Shown: positions 25,380 through 39,784 of the stretch, piece after piece
Layout of the letters: the number at the start of each line of letters is the position of its first letter
How positions within the stretch are numbered: the stretch's first letter is position 1
NCBI GenBank assembly: GCA_008632985.1
Contig: QPGO01000021.1
Coordinates: forward strand, 124,001-188,000
DNA: 64,000 bases
Source: Psammoneis japonica
Lineage: Eukaryota
Direction of reading: 5' to 3'
Notes under the pieces: generated by a model
What the model saw: the letters and a program-made list of their open reading frames with translations, nothing else
Databases searched by the model: none
What the model was told of the DNA's origin: nothing
Translations under genes and position numbers: made by a program

Positions 25380-28300
25380 CTAAACATCGGCATCGGCATT
25401 GCTGCCTTCGGCATCTGTTTCCTCATCACTTTCGCTTTCTTGCTCGGATTGTCTCGCGTCTTCCTCTTCTCGACGCACCAGACTAATAAAGACTTGCTCC
25501 AACGAACACTGCGAAATGGAATAATTGTCCACATGCATTTCTGGATTCTGTTTCAACTCTTGCAACCGTCCAAAGGTAGTGCCAAGTCCCAGAGACGATA
25601 AACTATCGACATCAAACCGCAGCATTGTCCCGTGCCGTTCCGACAAGCGACTGCCGGGCAAGGCATTATTGAGAATCTCGTCAACCACCGCATCCACAGT
25701 ATCGTTTGATGTTCCACGCTCACAATGGACATCAATGGTATAACCATCCAAATAGGTGGTTTTCAAATGCTGTACACTTCCCAAACACAACAAACGACCG
25801 TGCACCATGATTCCGACACGTGTACAGAGTGCCTCGGCTTCCTCCATGGAGTGTGTCGTCAAAATGACGGAACGGTCTTGGGACACTTCCTCAATCAAAC
25901 TCCACATGTGCCTACGTGCTGCTGGATCCATTCCTGAGGATGACTCGTCGATAAAGAGGACACGGGGATTTCCAATCAGGGCAATGCCTAGACTCAGCTT
26001 GCGCTTGTTACCGCCAGAATAACTTTCTGACGTTTTGTCGGCGTGGGGTGTTAGCGTCAAGCGATCCATAAGTTCTTCCACGATAGCATGCTGGAACAAT
26101 AGAAACAAGAGACGACATGTCAGAAGAAAGATAGAAACAAGAGACGACATGTCAGAAGAGAAAGCACACGATAACACAGTTAGGGTTACGCGCTCCTCCT
26201 CGGCGATAACGTACCAAGTGTTCCTCGGGAATACCTCGCAAACGTCCAAACATGGTGAGAGTTTCGCGTCCAGTCATTAAATCCAAAAGCGGGTCAACCT
26301 GGGGACAAAAGCCAATATTCTTTCGTGCTTCTGACACTCCACCTGGGACAGACCCTGTCACATCATGGCCAGCTACATAGGCTTCTCCGCCAGTCGCAGT
26401 AGTATCACCAGTAAGAATAGCCATTGTTGTTGTCTTTCCAGCTCCGTTCACTCCCAAGAGTCCGTACGTTTCGCCTTCATGAATTGCGGTTGTTAGACCA
26501 CGAATCGCCCTCTTTGGCAACTTGGACCTGTCCTTGTCTTCGTCTTGCTGCGGTGGTGCTTGATTGCGGCGAAAGCATCGGCAGCACAAAACGTACGCCA
26601 GCGCTCGACGAATGGAAGCAAAGCAACTACCAAACATGCCGACCGAAGGAGGGTAGACCTTCCACAAGTTCGCCAACAATACAGAAGCGCTGTCTCGCAG
26701 TTCTTCCTTCTTCTCCAGAACATAATCTCGCTCCTGTGCAACGTCTCGGTCTAGGTGAGATTCGTCTGCATCGTCACCTACCAAGCCATCATCCAGCAGC
26801 AGTGAGCCGTCGGCCGACTTTTGAACGCCGTTCCACTTTAGTAACATGGCTTCGTAGGAGCCTCTCAATGTGCGAAGCATTCGGCCTAAGAATCCACCAG
26901 AGCCTCCGTCGGCGGAGTATTCCAAAAGAACCAACCAAATGGAGTAGGGGATGCTCAGTAAAAAGCAAAGCGCAATGCTCTTGCCGGCAACATCCCAATC
27001 AAATGGATGTGACTCTTCACCGAGAATTTCGCTACAGAACAGACGACAGAGATTCTTTAGATTGTGGCTTTTTAAACGGAAGAAACGACGACACCTGCAA
27101 CTTACCGTTCGAAAAAGGAAGCCGACAAGCGGATAAACCCTTCACCGACATTAAAAGCAGGCCAACAGCGAAAGAGGGGAAGCAGGCCAGCAGCAATATT
27201 TTTTGTGTTTTCGATTTGGTCCATAATGAAGTATGCATTGACAGCAACAAAACCAGTAATGAAGAAAATTCCCATGACCCCGATTTGGGCTGTAGAATGG
27301 TTATCAGACAGCCTGGAAAGGAGGTATGAGAAAGGCAGAGCACTCATACCGTATCCGAAAGTGAGCGCCATTGTTGCGAAGAACGACTCGACGTTTCCAA
27401 CAAACACCTGCGCAGACTGCTGTCCGTAGATAAGGAATATTACCATAATGGCAATCGTCAGAATCCCAAACAGGGTGAGATCCCAGAGGTATCTGAGTCG
27501 CGAGACATACCGTAACAAAACGTCGTGAGAAAAGAACGTGGAAAACATTGTCTTGACCAAACACGACAATGATGACTTACGTTGCGCACCAATAGGCCGA
27601 CATATTTACACCGCTGACAAGCTGCAGATGTTTTGACTTGCATACCCGCTCCTTGACGGGGAACACGACGAAAGCTCCGAGAATGTAGCAAAATGGAATC
27701 AAAATGAAGAGACTGGCCAGGACACTCAGAATAGTTCTGATTTCGAGAGACTGCTGCGTTGTCAGCGGCAGGGGATGATTCACGGACGTCAAACGAGCAT
27801 TGGCATTTCCTGAGCACCTTCTGTACAGGTACTCCATGTACGCTTGATTGAAAGAAGGCATCGCGTGTGGAGACGTTGCGTTGTGAATGATACTCGCATC
27901 GGTATTCACCGGTATTAACACTTCTGATGTTCCTTCTGGCAGTATCAATGCCAAAAAATCCGAGACTTGCTCTGGGGTCAAAGTTAGATTTCCTGTTGAC
28001 AGCACATTCGAATTTGTTGCGACAGAAAAGGTAACCGTTGTAGTCATCGTAGCAAGGTCAAGTGAGATGGTAGATACGGATAGCAGCAGAAACCCGTCGA
28101 GCTGTTCAGCGTCTCCTCCAAGAAGAGTGCTGAGCGCTCCAAGAGTGTCGCCAACTGATATCGTTGCATTTTCATTTTGTGCTAGCGCCTGAGATATGTG
28201 AGCCAAAACAGGTTAGAGAAAAATCATTTCAGCATCTGAGATCACAACAAAGAACTCACCGCTTCAAACTGCGAGTCAGCGAAAATTATTGGGGCTGCCA

Positions 28301-31300
28301 GAAATGTGCTGGGAATTGCTTCGCTGGCGTTGCGGATGAAGACATCAACTAGCAATGTGGAGTTGACACCCTCAACACCAAGCAGCTCCAGTGTGTCGAC
28401 AATGACGCTTTCGTAGGCTGTCGCAACCGCATCCCGGCTAAAAAAGTCCCCTGGAGTGGCAAGTCTGGCCAATAGAGTGATGGATTCAAGAGCGCTTACA
28501 TCGCTCAAATTCTGCAGAGCCTCCACAAGGGTTGATACACTGGAGATTCCTATGGTACCGTTGGAGTATGATTCAGATGCAACTTCAAAGAAAGAGATGG
28601 CGTCATCTGTGTTGTTGAATAATCTTGTGAGATTCGCAACGGCGTCGATCCAATCTGTCGCTGCTTCGGTTTCATTTTGATTTGTTGTGGCCAGGAGATT
28701 AGAGAGCGCTGTGCTGGTAATGTTCTCAAGATCGGACTTAAGTATCGTGTAGAGACAAGATGAAGATTAGTCAACACTGTGAAGGTCTTCATGTGCAAAC
28801 GGACGCCACGTCGTACTTACAACATTCGCCCCAGTCTCAATCGTCAAGTTGGTCGATGAAAACAAAATTGATGAGAAGTCAGCAACTGATCCATTGAATT
28901 CAACTGGAATGCTACCCTGCTCGTTGCCCAGCAAGCCCAGGACATCTATGACTTCATTGCTACCAAAAGGCTCATTCTGCAAGTTTTTCACGTCAGCACG
29001 TAATTTTTCCCTGTTGATCAAGACTGCCAAATTAATGGTGTCACGAAAGACGAAAGCTCCATAGCGAGCGTCATGAGAATGATCGTTGATCGTCTCCAAA
29101 AGGAACTCTGAAACTTCAAGAGACGTCGTCTTATCGCTAAGAAGCTCAAAGTCGGCGTGATCATATTTCGGTCCAAGCTTCGATCTCATTAAATCAAAGG
29201 ATTGAGTGACAGGATCAAAAGAATTGGAAGATGATGCACCGCCAGCCACCAACACGTCAGTTCGAGCGCTTGATCCACCTGGTGACTCGTCGTACAAGTT
29301 CATGTTCAATTCGATGGCAGGTCCGGCCAACTGCAAATCAATGGTGAGCACCAGCAACACTAGAGCAATCAATATCACAGGAATCACAACCAGAAAGAAA
29401 AATCCCTTGATGTCTCTCTTTTGAACCGTAAAACGTTTGTAGTAGAGGAGTTGCACCTGCCGAAGTGGGCCCATGTGTTGCAATTCCATCTCGGACACAT
29501 CTGGAGTAGGACTGAAATCGGACCGCTGTCGATTGCCCTTCAATAATCTGATTTTGTCTAGCATTCTCTTTTTAGGCTCAGTGGCTCTGCGGTCTTTTTG
29601 ACGTAGTGGCGGAATCCATCTTTGAGGGCCCTTGCGTTGTTCCTGCGGGGTTTCTTCACGGGGAGGACCGACGTCAGAGGACAGCTGCTCAGTACTCGAT
29701 GAAGCGATCACGTCTCTTCGAGAACCGTCTACGGGAGGACCACCCAATTCGTCGCTTTGCTCTTCAGCAAGTTGCAGAAAGACTTCTTCCAGCGTCGTGT
29801 TAGTGATTCCGTAAGCGCCAATCCCAAGGGATTCTCGGTTTCCTTCCAGTTCATCAAACACTGTTGGGAACATATCCTCGGTACCTTGAGGAAACCGATA
29901 CGTCAGCTCTCGCGCAGAGCTTCGAACCAACACAGTGTCCGGTATGAGACTCCTGAGAAAGGCGAGAATTCGATCAGCTGCGTTTGAATCCACGGTCATC
30001 GAACCATTATTGTCAGGATCGTTCGCTGCCACCCCGAGCTCCAAACTCTCTGCGTTATCTACCGTTCCTTGTTGGGAGGCTCGACTGAGGACTACGGTGA
30101 GGTTGTAGCCTAGTCCAAATCGGTTCTTAAGGAAGAGGCTGCTGCCGCAGCACTGGAGGCGTCCTTCTTTCATGACAGCTATACGATCAGAGAGAAGCTC
30201 GGCTTCATCCATGAAATGTGTAGTCAACAGCGTCACACGGCCCTCTCGTTTCTTCCGAAGCAGCTCCCAACATGTGCGTCGACTTGCAACGTCCATTCCA
30301 GAAGTCTTAAAGCGTAACAACAGATAAGAACGACAAAAACAAGTGAGCACTTGAGATGGGCGATATGTGACGTTTGCGACAAATAAGGCAAGGGTCACTC
30401 ACGGGCTCGTCCAGAATCAAGAACTTTGGATCGCCACAAAGAGCAATGGCTAATGAAAGCTTCCTCTTGTTTCCACCAGACAAGGCAGATGAAGTCGTAT
30501 TAAAGTACTCTCCAAGGCCAATCTCGGAAGCGCGTTCCCTGATGCCATCTCTGGTAGACCTGACACCCTTGATACGTTCAAACAGAGCCATGTGTTCCGT
30601 GACGGTTAAATTATCAAACAGCACATTGTGCTGAGGACATATCCCCATTGACAGTCGAGCTTCGTACAAGTCGTCCACAATGGAATTACCGTAAATTGTG
30701 CAGTCACCTGAGGTGGGCGGATACAAGCCAGTTAAAACGGAGATCGTGGTCGTTTTTCCAGCTCCTGATTTTGAAAGAACAGCGCCATGACATCGTTAGC
30801 GTCGAGCATTACATAGCGAACAGAGGCCAAATTGCAGAGCACGTACCATTATGACCCAGCAAGCAAGTGATTTGCGACTCGTACATTTTAAGATTCAGTT
30901 TGTCTACAGCCGGCGGTATATCAGCATCCTTCTTGTAGCGTTTGACCAAGTCACTTATTTCCACACGAGACACCAATGATGCATCGCGCACACGCTCATA
31001 ATCAGACGAACTAGTGAAGACGAGAAAAGGGAGGGTGAGAACCGGAATGATACAAACATACAACTATGGCGCAAGTAAGCAAAAAGGAAATAACACACCT
31101 TCCTTCTTCGCTAGAAAAGCTCAAGTCAGCACTGGACCCATCGTCAGTGTTGGCTCCACGCTTCTTGGATCTTTCTTCGTGATTGTGACAGAAACAGCCG
31201 AAAATACTAAGCCAGTATTTCGGAGTGACAATGAAATACCACTTGCGAGCCACTCCATACTGGCGCGGGATGACAAGCTCAAGGTACCAGCCTAAGACCA

Positions 31301-33401
31301 TGTATAGGATTGTGTCAATAAACAAGAATCCGAGTGCGGTATTGAAACTGTAGTCACCCTCGCTGGCGTTGTAGGATTGAATTCCTTGCTCTGCGTATTC
31401 ATAGTCCGCAACGATGTCGGCGCCAAAGGCAAAGGCGGTGCACGGGAGCAACGACGCAATCATCTTGCCGGTGGAGGCTTCATACCGATTCGATCCAAAA
31501 AAGATGTAGCGCGGCAAGAGGGTTGCAAAAAGCGCTACGGGACCAATCACCGCAGCTAGCTTGGCACGCGAGAAAAAGGCCGCAATGAAAAATGAAAATC
31601 CCATTGTAGCGGATGAAAAAAGTCCAATAAACCAAAACAGGTAGAACGCCGATGAGTACTTGAGGACGCCTGCGCTCAGCGTATACGTTACCAAGACTGT
31701 AATGATGAGGAAAATAACAAATGAAGTAATGATCCAAGACAACCAGTGCGCCCAGGCGCGTACGCCCAAGATAAAGAGAGTCTCTTTCATTCGCGTTTCC
31801 TTTTCTTCCACCATTAATTTCACGAGCCTTGACATTGGATACATGAAGGCCTGTGCCACAGACGCATATGAAAGAACACAACGAGACAAGTCAATATTGA
31901 AAGCACCATCATCGGAGATACATCATAAGTACAAAACACAAACTAAACGCACCATGGCAATCGTCAAACCGAGAAGGAATCCAACGGCTTGATAAAAAAT
32001 GTTGTCCGTGTATGCCGCGGTGGGCATGGGCATACTCCAAAGCTCAGAACCATCCTGTTGGGCCGCAGAACACACCTGATCACTTTGATCCACATCAAGC
32101 CTTGAAAACGAAAACGCGTTAAGTGTCCGTTGCATCGTGATGTATCCACTAAGAAAATAACGTTGATAGAGCTTGTTGAGCCCCACGCTCGCATAGTCAA
32201 TGATTTGATTTGTATTGGGAATCGTTGTGTAATTCATTCGAATCTTGTATCGAAAGTCTTCTTCGGTTTCTGCAGCGCTGAAGTCGAGTAACGCCCATGT
32301 TCGTTCTTCGAGATTGTCATTTATAAACTTGAGCGCGTCCTTCTCTCGTTCGTGAACACGGACTTTGACTTGGTTGGTGTCCATAACGATGGGGTAAGTG
32401 TTATTCAGGAAGCTCCAAAACTCATTCGCAACGTCATTGTTGGGTGTCAAATGCAAGGTACCCAGTGTAAGCAAGTTGCCCCATTCACGTCCATACGAGG
32501 AATCTGCCAAAATATCGGGCAAATCGTCCGCATCAATGAGAGACGCGATCGACGACGACAACAAAACATACTGATCAAAGGTCGGGGTGGGCAGGGGCGA
32601 TTTTAGGATGCCGTTCAGTATACCGCGAGCATCATCCAGCAACCGAAACACATTGGTTGAGCTGGAAGAAACAGTGCCATTTTCGTCTTGAAGACGACGA
32701 AGCACATTCGAGTATTCCTCGTTCGTCATGGCTGGATCGTCAAAATGTCCCTGTCCTATCAAGTCTGAATCCAGGTCCCAAGGCTGTTGCCTCTTCTCCG
32801 TAAGATTCAAATAGTTCATCTTGATTGCATTCAGTAACTTATCATTCTCCGGTGTCTGTTGAACAAGTCTTCTCGTCAAGCCCGTAGCTAGACTCGCAGA
32901 TCCGGTAAGCAAGGAAAACCAAGGTCCAGGAACGTCGAGAACAAAACTGGTATACAGCTTTGCATCTTGGTACTTAGTTTCGGAAAGCGTATAGGCTGCG
33001 AGCAAAATCAGCATCATCAAGACAGGACTAAAAAGTTCAAAGAACGTGGGAACTGGCGTACGAATTTTGGTAATCATGTTTTTCCGTATGAGAGCCATGG
33101 TTTGGAGCCATCCCAAACACCACGAGCTAGACGTGGAGGCCTCAGCAGCGTCCTCTTCTGCAGAAGCACTTTCAGAATCATCATGCTTTTCTCCTTGTGC
33201 GGTAGACGCAGAGTCTATCACAGCTATGGGCTCTGGTGACATTTTCTCTTCCGAAAACTCCTCAACATCAGCACTCGACGTTTCTTCTTCTTCTCCTATC
33301 GAGGACTCCTCTTCGTCACGACTACTCTGGCGCGAGGCAATGTGCATCGCGGAATCGCGTTCTGGGGGTGATTCTAAAGAGAGATTGTCCGCGGCTTCCA
33401 T
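25380..33401 (-). CDS. ABCA: Full-size ABC transporter subfamily A, multi-exon
   Basis: Two NBDs (LLGHNG/AGKTT, LSGGNKRKLS, LDEP, LTTHFMDEAE; LLGVNGAGKTT, YSGGNKRKLS, LTTHSMEEAEALC), two TMDs (VEEKETRMKE; VKERVCKSKHLQLVSGV) and a C-terminal SLEQVF. GT-AG introns. Confidence 0.93.
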
Positions 33402-33499
33402 CTTCCTCTCTGGCTTTTTATTCAAAACTCTGCACGGGCCTTTTTGAAACCGAGATCAACAATCTTGTTTGTGTCCATGTGTAGGCAAGACTTGACCTT

Positions 33500-35950
33500 A
33501 CTTTGACAAGAGCTTCCGGGAACCGGGAACAGCGTCACCAGAATGGCGCTGACGGTGCAAGGGTTCACTCACGGTTCTCTCGCGCTGTGCTGGCCGCGTT
33601 GTTGTTCGCTCGTGTTAGTTGTTCGTCTGTGTTCGCATTCAACACGATTCAACTCGTGACTGAAGCTGCGACGGACGACCGCCTTACGACCCCTTGGATT
33701 TTTGCATGATTTCACTCAATTGTGAAACTGTCTCATTACAATTGGAACACAACCAATCTTTCATTTCATTAATGACACCACCACTACGATGAGGCACACC
33801 ACTCTTTCAAACAGCATGTTGGCATCCTGCATCAGCCTGGAAGAGAGTCCTCCTCAAAACAAGAAGCAGTTTTGGCGCAGCTGTGCCGACGAGGCGCTTG
33901 TTTGCCACGCGTGTGTCATTGGGTTGACAAGCAGTTGTGCGGTTGACAGGCCAATAATGTTCATGGATTTGTGCACTGTTTGGCCATGCTGCTTGGGGCC
34001 ATCCATCCCACCGATGCTCTTGGCTGGGGGGTCAGCTCATCCTCCCCTGTGTGCGCTGTGCTGCACCAGTTTCTTGCTTGCAGAGGTTGAGCTGGGCTGC
34101 AACAAGCATGCAAGCCAAGGAGCTCATGCCAAAAAAAACAGACACATGCTGCATTGGATTTGCATGACACAATTGTCAAAGCAAGTTGAGCCACATCCAC
34201 AGGAGCTGCTTTGCCCCTGGCCCGCACCACAAGACAACAACGTTCAAAACACATTTTTGGCATGGTGCATCTACAGCCACATCATGTGCAATTGGCAGCC
34301 CAGTGACTGTGGACATGGCAGGGACACAGTCCCCACCACCAGCATTTCTGGAACACACACTTTGCACTTAATTAAATTTGTTTTGGTTGGCCAATTTGCA
34401 GATGGGCACCAACTCATTTTCACAAAATGGTGTGCTTTGTGGCAGCACAGCTTTTTTGAAATTTGCATCACTTTCAAATGACAAGGTCCCCCCAACAACA
34501 AAAACTTGCCAAGAGGTCATGCCTGCTGCTTTGTGGTGACCACTGCCAAAAAGTGCATGATGGGGCATGCCAACAGTCAGAAGTGCTGGCTGTCTGTTTT
34601 GCACAAAGTTGCAGCCAGTTTGCTCCTCTCTGTGAGAAGAAGGGCAACATTCTTTTTTGGCAAATGTCAGCAGTTTTTCTGTTGTGGAATCTGTGCCAAA
34701 TCCAGTTGTTTGATTGGTGCTCAAAGATTGGCAGCATGTCTCAAGGGTGGAGGGTGATGCAAAAATTGAGCAAGGTCATCCCTCGGGTCATGTGTCAAAA
34801 GCTTTTTGATGGTTGCCCCCTGTGTTCTTCCATTCATCAACAGAGAACTCCACCAGACTTGCAGCTGGGTGCAGGTGCAAAAGAGAAAAAGATTGTTTGC
34901 TTGCAACATGGAAAGCCTGTCAAACAGCAGTTGATGCCAGAAAAGTGTTTTCATGTGGCGGTGCTCTTGCAGTTGATGACATCGCAAATGCAAGGCTGTG
35001 CTTTGTGCCCACTCTGTGCATCATGCTTGGGACAGACACATGACAAGCCATGGCACACTTCTTGTTTTTTGCACACAAAAACTTGAGATGCTTGGGAGCT
35101 GGAAAATTTGTGTCAATTTATGAAGGCCAACAAACAACAAAACAATGCCAGAGTGATCATGGCACAGTTGAAAAGTGCGCTGAAAGTGCTGGCCTGGGGC
35201 AAGAATGTGAAAAAGCAAGTGTGATGGCAAGATTGTGAGAGAGCTGCCATCCCTGTGGTGAGCAAAAAAGCAGTGACTCAACAAAGGAAAGCCACATGCA
35301 ACTGGCAAAAACAAGTGGCAAATGGACAAATGGCTTTTTGCCAGTCATTTTGCTTCTGATGCACTGGGCTCCTGCGAGCTCTGGTTTTAAGATGCCCAGC
35401 CTTTGTTCGGGTCTGGCTGACAGCCATGATGGTGTGGAGTGAACACTTCACAAGTGCTTGGAGGCATCAGAGAAAATTGTGTGTGCCAGCATAAGTGTTT
35501 TGTGAAAGAAAAACACTGGCTGTGGTGGTGTGCCAGCACACAAACAAACGACATCTCGCCATTTGCTGCACAAGAATGTCTCGTGGAAAGAAGAACAAAG
35601 AGGGAGTTCCACTGAAAAGCACAGATTTGGTCTGTGAGAAGCATGACAGCTGTGAACAGAAAAATGACATCACCTGAAACTGGGAGCAATGCCACCCAAT
35701 CTTCAGAAAAACAAAGCCTGGCCTTGGCAAAACCTGGAAAAGAGATCTGAGAGCTGCGGGAGCCCCAAAAACACAGGCGGGAGACAGCGGGGCATGACAC
35801 TGGCAGCTCCCATTGCAACTCTGCCCCATCCACAAGAAAGTCAGTTATTTTGTTGCTCTTTTCTGACTGTTTGCCGTTGTCTCTGCCCATTTTTACGGTG
35901 CGCGCCATCCACCAGCAGAAAGTCACTTTCAGTCGGTGTCACCATGCGTG
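33500..35950. other. TpA-depleted hypermutated domain C (unidentified decayed element) between ABCA and the subtilisin
   Basis: TA is very rare. CpG is retained at the edges and lost in the core. No credible protein recognised. Confidence 0.8.
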
Positions 35951-36197
35951 TGGCTTTTTTTACGTTGAGAGGAAATGACGGTCATTGTTAAATTACAGCA
36001 TTTCACGTAGAAACGTCATTTTGTTCGTGGTTGGACATTCCGAGACATTTCGGGACATCCCCCTCACAAATATCTTGGGAGGCGCGTAAAAACGACTATT
36101 CTCAACATGATGCGATGAACGGCGCTGAACAGGAGAACACCAAGAAAATAGGCGCTTGCTGACCGACTACCACAGTCCAGCACTTGAATTCACAGTC

Positions 36198-39087
36198 ATG
36201 CGGCTCCATTCTTTTCCATGGTTGATAGCGGTTGCAATGTCTCTTGGCCGTAGTCCTCTTGCGAATGCCGGTTTTCCTAGCAACATGAGTAAAAAAGACA
36301 GGGCAACAATGGCAGGCATTATTAGCGGAAGAATCACAATACCTGCAGGTTTGCCGTTCTTCGTGAGATACAAAAACAAAAGAGGAAAGAGACTTGCAAA
36401 GCGCTGGGCGAAGAACGGAAGAATTGAAAAGAACTACCCAAACAAAAGTCTTCTAGTATTGCGTCCGTCGAACCGCACCGCTCTAAAGGTTCTGACGAAG
36501 AGTCGTTTTGTAGAATATGTTGAGCCAGTCCACCGTGTACGCGCTTTGCCTCAAAGTGAGCCCATAAGCACTCTTGAGCGAAGAGAACTGTCCCGCACCT
36601 CGAAAGAAACTGTGGGCTATGGCATCGACATGGTACAAGCCTCTCAGCTATGGAATACTCCAAATGCTACAGAGGTTACCATCTGTATAATTGACAGTGG
36701 ATACGCCCTTGGACATCCCGACTTACCAAATATTGATTCAGGTGTTACAGGAAGCTCCACTCGAACTGGATATTGGGGACAAGATGTTTATGGCCATGGC
36801 TCTCATTGCTCGGGAATAATCGGCGCAATTGGAAGAAATAATCAAGGTGTTGCTGGTGTCATGGGAGACACAAACCCATTCAAGCTTCACATTGGGAAGT
36901 GTTTAGATGCCAGTGGGGAAGGAACTGAGTCGGACTTGCTTGATGCATTTGAAAGCTGTATAGAAGCCGGAGCCAACGTCATAAGCATGAGTCTTGGCGG
37001 AGAAGACTACAGTGAATCAGTTAAAAAGGCATGCGAAGGCGCCTATGATGACGGTATTCTCATACTTTCTGCAGCTGGTAATCTTGGAGATTCTACGTAT
37101 GCGTATCCTGCGAGCTATCCAGAAGTGATGTCCGTAGCAGCCGTCGATAGGGAAATGAGAATCGCTGGATTCTCCCAATACAATGATCAAGTGGAGATTG
37201 CTGGGCCGGGGGTAGATATTGTTTCTACAGTCACAAAAAAAACGGGCGACAGTTTGGATACGCAAGCTGGAGTGGCACTTCCATGGCAACACCCTACGTT
37301 GCTGGAGTAGCCGCGTTGGTTTGGGGGTACTTTCCCGAGTGTTCGAATAATCAGATTCGCAATGTGCTCATTCGAACCGCTAAAGGCATCGGGTGCAGCC
37401 ATGAGATGGGCTTCGGCGTCGTCCAAGCAAAGGATGCTTATGATATTTTGAAGAAAGAGGGGTGCATTGCCGGTGACAAATCTCCAACACCTTTGTCAGA
37501 AGGAGCGATCGGAGGCTGTTTACAGGATTCAAAATATACTGCACCGCCCACATTATCTCCAACTCCATTCGGCTGCTCTAAAAAACTCTTTGTTCTCAAA
37601 CTGACCACGGACGAATGGGCTGAAGAAACTTCATGGGATATTAAAAACTCTGACAATGCGATAGTGGGATCCGGTAGCGCTTATCGCAAGTTAAAGACAT
37701 ATGTGGAGCGGCTATGTTTGCCACCAGACGTGTACACTTTTACAATCAGGGATTCCGAAACAGATGGGATGTGCTGTCAATACGGCAACGGAAGCTACTC
37801 TGTGTACTTTGGTGGCGATCTGATTAAGAATGGCGGTAGTTTTGAAGCTGAAGATGTAGTCACGCTTGGTATGAATGTCAAACTACGCACGGTCCAGCCT
37901 GCGCAACCAACGGGACAAACCGAGGAGAGCATTGGCGTGTGTCGTGATGATAAAGACTGGGTATTTATCAACCCAAAAGGAGGAAGAAAAAAGTGCAAGT
38001 ACTTGAAGGTCAATCCGGCTACGCGTTGTCAACTTCTGGGTACCGATAAGTTCGGCAACAGCACAAAAGGATTTGTGTCTTGCGCAGCTACTTGTGGACG
38101 CTGTCCACCGACTGCTTCTCCATCACCTCAGCAAACAACTCTTTCAACCGCATCGCTAAGCCCTTTGATCACGCAGTCACCAACACTATCACCAACTCAT
38201 CAACTTACATCATACCCAACCGAGGCTCTTGCAAAAGTACAAAGTGACGCATTCAATAAATCGCCGACGCTACCCCCAATAACGCCACCCCCCATCGCAA
38301 ATCATCCAACCTCCACGCCGCCAACCAGAGAGCCGTCTTCATCCCCAACCGCACGTCCGACAACATCTCCAACACTGAGATCGACACTGACTCCGACTTT
38401 GAATCCGAAAACAGCATTGCCGACGAAAAGGTACACACCTGGACCCACGCAGACGCCAAACAATCCAAAATCAGGTGCTCACGCGCACGCTTCCGCTCAA
38501 AGTGATGGCGGAGGAGGAGAGTCCCGAGCATATGCGTCCGCTCAAAGTGGCGGAGATGGACAATCTCAGGCAAGTGCTTATTCTTCGGCTCATAGTAGCG
38601 ACGGCCAATCCCACGCAAGTGCTTATTCGTCCGCTCAAAGTGGCGGCGGGAGAGCAAGCGCTCATGCGTCGGCTCAAAGTGGCGGCGGTCAATCCCGTGC
38701 AAGTGCTTTCTCGTCGGCTCAAAGTGGCGCGGCGACAGCGGAAGCGGGTGCTGCTCAGAGGACAACAAGACATGCAAAACGGATGACACCTTTTGCAACT
38801 CAAGCAAGAGCACATGCGAAGTCGCCTGCCGAAACACATGGATTGCAAATGCTGACACCCCGGCAAGTGCCCCTCCTGCAAGTGCAAATTGCATTGGAAC
38901 CTGGAAGTAAGTACTCACCACGCTGTGTATCATTATGCTTCTATTTACTCTTGTTGTAGTTGCTCACACGCCACCTGTTTGTGTTGCACGCTTTGACGCT
39001 GCTAGGTCCTGCACAAATGATGTGAATGGATGCTGCCCCGGTCTTCGTTGCGTCGGCAGTCGGTACCGTCGACGGTGCTCACCCTAG
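36198..39087 (+). CDS. Secreted subtilisin-like serine protease (S8) with Pro/Thr linker, Ala/Ser/Gly repeats and Cys-rich C-terminal modules; two apparent 1-bp frameshifts
   Basis: Signal peptide. Catalytic motifs IIDSG, HGSHCSG, AAGN and WSGTSMATP. Frameshifts at the A8 run 37235-37242 and at about 38729. Intron 38907-39005. The last exon reads SCTNDVNGCCPGLRCVGSRYRRRCSP*. Confidence 0.85.
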
Positions 39088-39249
39088 AGATAAGCGTCAC
39101 TGTTTCTTGTAAACACACGGGTACTACGCGTTTAGCCAGGAAGAGAAGGAGTGACATGCCACTCCCCGTTCGGATCGTTCTTGATACGAAGAGACAATTA
39201 AAGCTCCATCTAGTCTTCCTTCTATAGCAAAGCAACCCAGTTGTTGACT

Positions 39250-39541
39250 CTAGATCTAGACTTGACAAGACACACTGGTAGAGGACCAACTTGTAAATTT
39301 CCGTAGTTTTTTTGTGTTCCAAAAGCAATAGTCGCATCTGCATTGCACCTTACTTACATGCCGGTGGCTACTCTCTAGCTACTGTCGATCTAGGTTGATC
39401 TAGATCTAGGCTTAACAAGACACACGGGTAGAGGATCAGGTTGTAATTTCCACAGTTTATGTTCCAAAAGCAACAGTCGCCTGTGAATTGCACCTTACGT
39501 GCATGCCGGTGGCTACTTCTGCTATCTAGCTACTGTCGATC
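39250..39541. repeat. Two diverged tandem copies of about 145 bp
   Basis: TCTAGATCTAG..ACAAGACACA...TTCCAAAAGCAA...TTGCACCTTAC...CATGCCGGTGGCTAC...CTAGCTACTGTCGATCT occurs twice. Confidence 0.8.
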
Positions 39542-39581
39542 TTTGCTAGAGCTCCTCTCTGGCTTCTGTCCGTCTCAACAG

Positions 39582-39601
39582 AGTGTGTGTGTGTGTGTGT
39601 G

Positions 39602-39632
<31 letters not shown>

Positions 39633-39637
39633 TGAGA
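39582..39637. repeat. Compound (GT)n(GA)n microsatellite
   Basis: Seen directly in the sequence. Confidence 0.9.
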
Positions 39638-39784
39638 GTTGATGTAGCCCTCTCCAAGGCATCAGGCAGCTTCTGTTTAGCATTTGTCAAGAAGGATGGC
39701 CTCGTTGCCTCTGTCGTGCTTGCTGAACTGCACTCTATGGCATGTGCAGAAAGACAAATCTAAGGGTTGCAGATGCGCCGTTGT

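Noticed and set aside
26101..26160. 32-bp tandem duplication in an ABCA intron
   Set aside because: Real, but an ordinary local slippage event.
26424..27329. 301-aa plus-strand ORF and similar antisense ORFs (46658-47311, 38253-38933)
   Set aside because: These are shadow frames of well-supported genes on the opposite strand.
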